Shown in pieces: positions 18,003 through 20,000 of a stretch of DNA of 20,000 bases (its first letter is position 1; each line of letters begins with the position of its first letter). Location: the IMG/VR virus record IMGVR_UViG_2061766007_000176; one strand, 5' to 3'. This stretch comes from an uncultured virus (IMG/VR IMGVR_UViG_2061766007_000176). Its lineage: Duplodnaviria; Heunggongvirae; Uroviricota; Caudoviricetes. A model generated the notes under the pieces. The model was not told where the DNA came from. It did no database searches and worked only from the letters and a program-made list of their open reading frames with translations. The position numbers and the translations under genes are program-made.

Positions 18003-18953
18003 ATGGCAACAACGACAAGAAAATTTACCGCTACAGACCTAAAGAATATGTAGGGTATGGATCTTTCATGGAAGATCTAGACAACAATGGCAAAGATAAT
18101 GGAATACTATCACCACTTTGATGGCAAAGTGTATGTAGCATTTTCAGGCGGAAAGGATAGTACCGTCTTATTACACATTATCAGACAAATCTATCCAGAT
18201 GTTCCAGCAATTTTCATTGATACTGGACTTGAGTATCCCGAAGTTAAAGAGTTTGTAAAATCTTGGGATAATGTAGAAATTCGTAGACCAACTAAGACAT
18301 TCCGTCAAGTAATTGAACTATTTGGTTATCCATTAGTCAGTAAGAAAATTGCCGGATATGTCGCGACCGCAAAGCGTAATCCTAACTCTGCTCGCGCCAA
18401 ATACCTAAGTGGTGAATATGATAGTAAGATATTTGGTTTTGGTGAAGGTAAATGGTGGTACTTAGTAGATGCGCCATTTAAGATTAGTGACTATTGTTGC
18501 GATGTAATGAAAAAGCAGCCTGGACATCATTATCAGAAAGAGTCCGGTAGACATCCAATTATTGGTACTCTCGCGGAAGAATCCATTATGAGAAGAAATG
18601 AATGGCTTCGTAGCGGATGTAATGCTTTTGATGGTAAAGAGCCTATTAGCAAACCATTATCTTTCTGGACGGAACAAGATATTCTTCAGTATTTGAAGGA
18701 ATACAATGTTCCATACTGCCCGCTCTATGGCGACATTGTAGCGGATAAAAAAGGTAAGCTAAGTACAACTGGTATTCATCGTACAGGATGTATCTTTTGC
18801 GGCTTTGGTTGCCATATGGAAAAAGAACCCAATCGCTTCCAGCAACTTAAATGTTCTCATCCAAAGATCTGGGAATACTGTATGAAACCTTGGGATGAAG
18901 GTGGATTGGGTATGAAAGAAGTTTTAGATTATGTTCATGTAAAAACTGAGTAA
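18003..18953 (+). CDS. PAPS-reductase-family (PP-loop, Fe-S Cys motifs) protein; 2 N-terminal in-frame TAG
   Basis: GAGG RBS, ATG 18003, DLKNM*GMDLSWKI*TT (TAG 18051, 18078); VAFSGGKDS, DTGLEYPE, CCDVMKK, RTGCIFC. Confidence 0.88.
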
Positions 18954-18960
18954 TAAATAT

Positions 18961-18989
18961 TTGACATAAAATAAAATTTCTGCTATAAT
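18961..18989 (+). promoter_or_regulatory. sigma-A-type promoter (extended -10) driving the non-coding region
   Basis: TTGACA-17-TATAAT with TG. Confidence 0.85.
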
Positions 18990-19082
18990 ATATATGTAAA
19001 GAGGAAATAAATCATATAGGGGGTATGAACCGATATGATTCCGTTGCCTTTCTTTTGAATAAGATGAAAGGTTAAAGCAATC

Positions 19083-19136
19083 AGGCGCTAACAGCAAACT
19101 TTTTCAATGCTAAACATATTAAAAGATCGTGCGCCT
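19083..19136 (+). ncRNA. stem-CAGCAA-loop element copy 4 (skipping-rope-like)
   Basis: AGGCGC/GCGCCT stem, CAGCAA 19092-19097. Confidence 0.6.
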
Positions 19137-19171
19137 AGTATTCCCCTCTCTACTGGCTAGTGGGAATGGTG

Positions 19172-19727
19172 CTGGGTTAAGCGGAAATGAATCGCACCTT
19201 AAACACGGTATGTCCGCATACAAGCGCAACCCGCCACGGCATTTTAAATCTATTGCAATAGACCGTGGCACGCCTCTGTAAACGTCTCATTGAGGGTATA
19301 AGACAGACGTTAAACCGTGGAAATACCCCAACGCGCAAAATCATGCTGCGCGAAATAAATGAAGTGAAGCACAGGTGATCGCCACACGGAAAGTGTCTGA
19401 AAAACAAAAATGGGCGCTCCAAGGACAGGAGCGAGATCAAAAGGCTCTTGCTGGTCAGTGTGGCATGCAGAAAGCAAGTAAAACACGGGGTCGCGCACGT
19501 GCAGGGGCAGAAACGCACGTAAATAACAGACTGCCTGGGTCGTGTTTAATGAGCACAACCTTCATACGTTCGGTGCCGAGATCGTAATGGTCTCGAATAC
19601 TAGTTGCGCTGAAATGATATGGTGACCAGCAAGTCGAAAAACTGCCGTTTGGGCTGCGTGAGATGCGCCGGGTCCACCGTGCGAATGCACAAGCGTTTAC
19701 CATAGCGCTGGGTTTCGCTTCACCCAG
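19172..19727 (+). ncRNA. candidate large (~560 nt) pseudoknotted ncRNA
   Basis: Closing helix 19172-19186/19713-19727 and several 7-11 bp long-range helices, some crossing; no credible ORF. Confidence 0.65.
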
Positions 19728-19881
19728 AGGAAGTTCCTCTAAAGAAGATTATATGGTAAACCATCGGTAGACTGCTCCGAAAGGGACAGTATAAAAGATC
19801 TTCTGGCTACTCGAAGAGTAGTAGCATCCTACAATAGACCTGCCAGCGCCTCTACTGACGAGTATGCGTACCTTGGGGGGC

Positions 19882-19918
19882 ACCGCAAAGAGCACGCGGT
19901 ATATAAAGAGAATGCTCT
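19882..19918 (+). ncRNA. H-type pseudoknot unit, CptI-like
   Basis: ACCGC/GCGGT, ATATAAA, AGAGCA/TGCTCT. Confidence 0.65.
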
Positions 19919-19951
19919 CGGCCGTAGCCTGATGCATAAGGCACGGCACTT

Positions 19952-20000
19952 GCCCGAGTGGTGGAATAGGCAGACACAACAGACTTATTAATTTGAGCAC
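19952..20000 (+). tRNA. trnL: 5' exon of tRNA-Leu(TAA) followed by the start of a probable group I intron (truncated)
   Basis: GCCCGAG-TG-GTGGAATAGGCAGACAC-A-ACAGA-CTT then ATTAATTTGAGCAC; CTTA/TGAG forms a P1-like helix with U34-G wobble. Confidence 0.65.

Noticed and set aside
19728..19740. GAGGAAGTTCC resembling the RNase P P4 signature
   Set aside because: Forms a local GAGG/CCTC hairpin; no matching 3' P4 strand seen
19854..19872. CTGACGA hammerhead-like core
   Set aside because: No GAAA after the putative stem II; core incomplete
17879..19918. Pistol ribozyme or preQ1 riboswitch identity for the pseudoknots
   Set aside because: Topology is similar, but I see no pistol P2/P3 or preQ1 ligand-loop consensus, and most units are not upstream of genes
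19177..20000. Five overlapping ORFs
   Set aside because: No RBS or recognisable motifs, mutually overlapping; expected by chance in GC-richer structured RNA
1..20000. CRISPR array or DGR template/variable repeats
   Set aside because: No regularly spaced repeats or adenine-specific repeat pair noticed by eye

Overview
AT-rich segment of a large tailed phage, probably infecting a Bacillota/Clostridia-type host (sigma-A-like promoters, GGAGG RBSs); everything supported lies on the + strand. The supplied ORF track is fragmented because the phage reads TAG as a sense codon, almost certainly Gln (code 15). With TAG read through, 1-11985 resolves into RBS-led genes (tail/tail-fibre proteins, LL-H-type holin, SH3 protein, ferritin-like and other small proteins), and every called gene in the window ends in TAA or TGA. 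12015-20000 is a dense tRNA/ncRNA island. It holds a CUA suppressor tRNA, eight further complete tRNAs, a circularly permuted tRNA-Thr(UGU) inside a repeated stem-CAGCAA-loop scaffold (4 copies), and an intron-interrupted tRNA-Leu at the window edge. It also holds a PD-(D/E)XK homing endonuclease next to a tRNA-Gly 3' half, dispersed CptI-like H-type pseudoknots with no toxin gene, a ~560-nt pseudoknotted RNA candidate, two glycosyltransferases and a PAPS-reductase-family gene. N gaps: 1221-1260, 13094-13382, 13883-13892. All structures were read by eye and family names are recalled, not searched.
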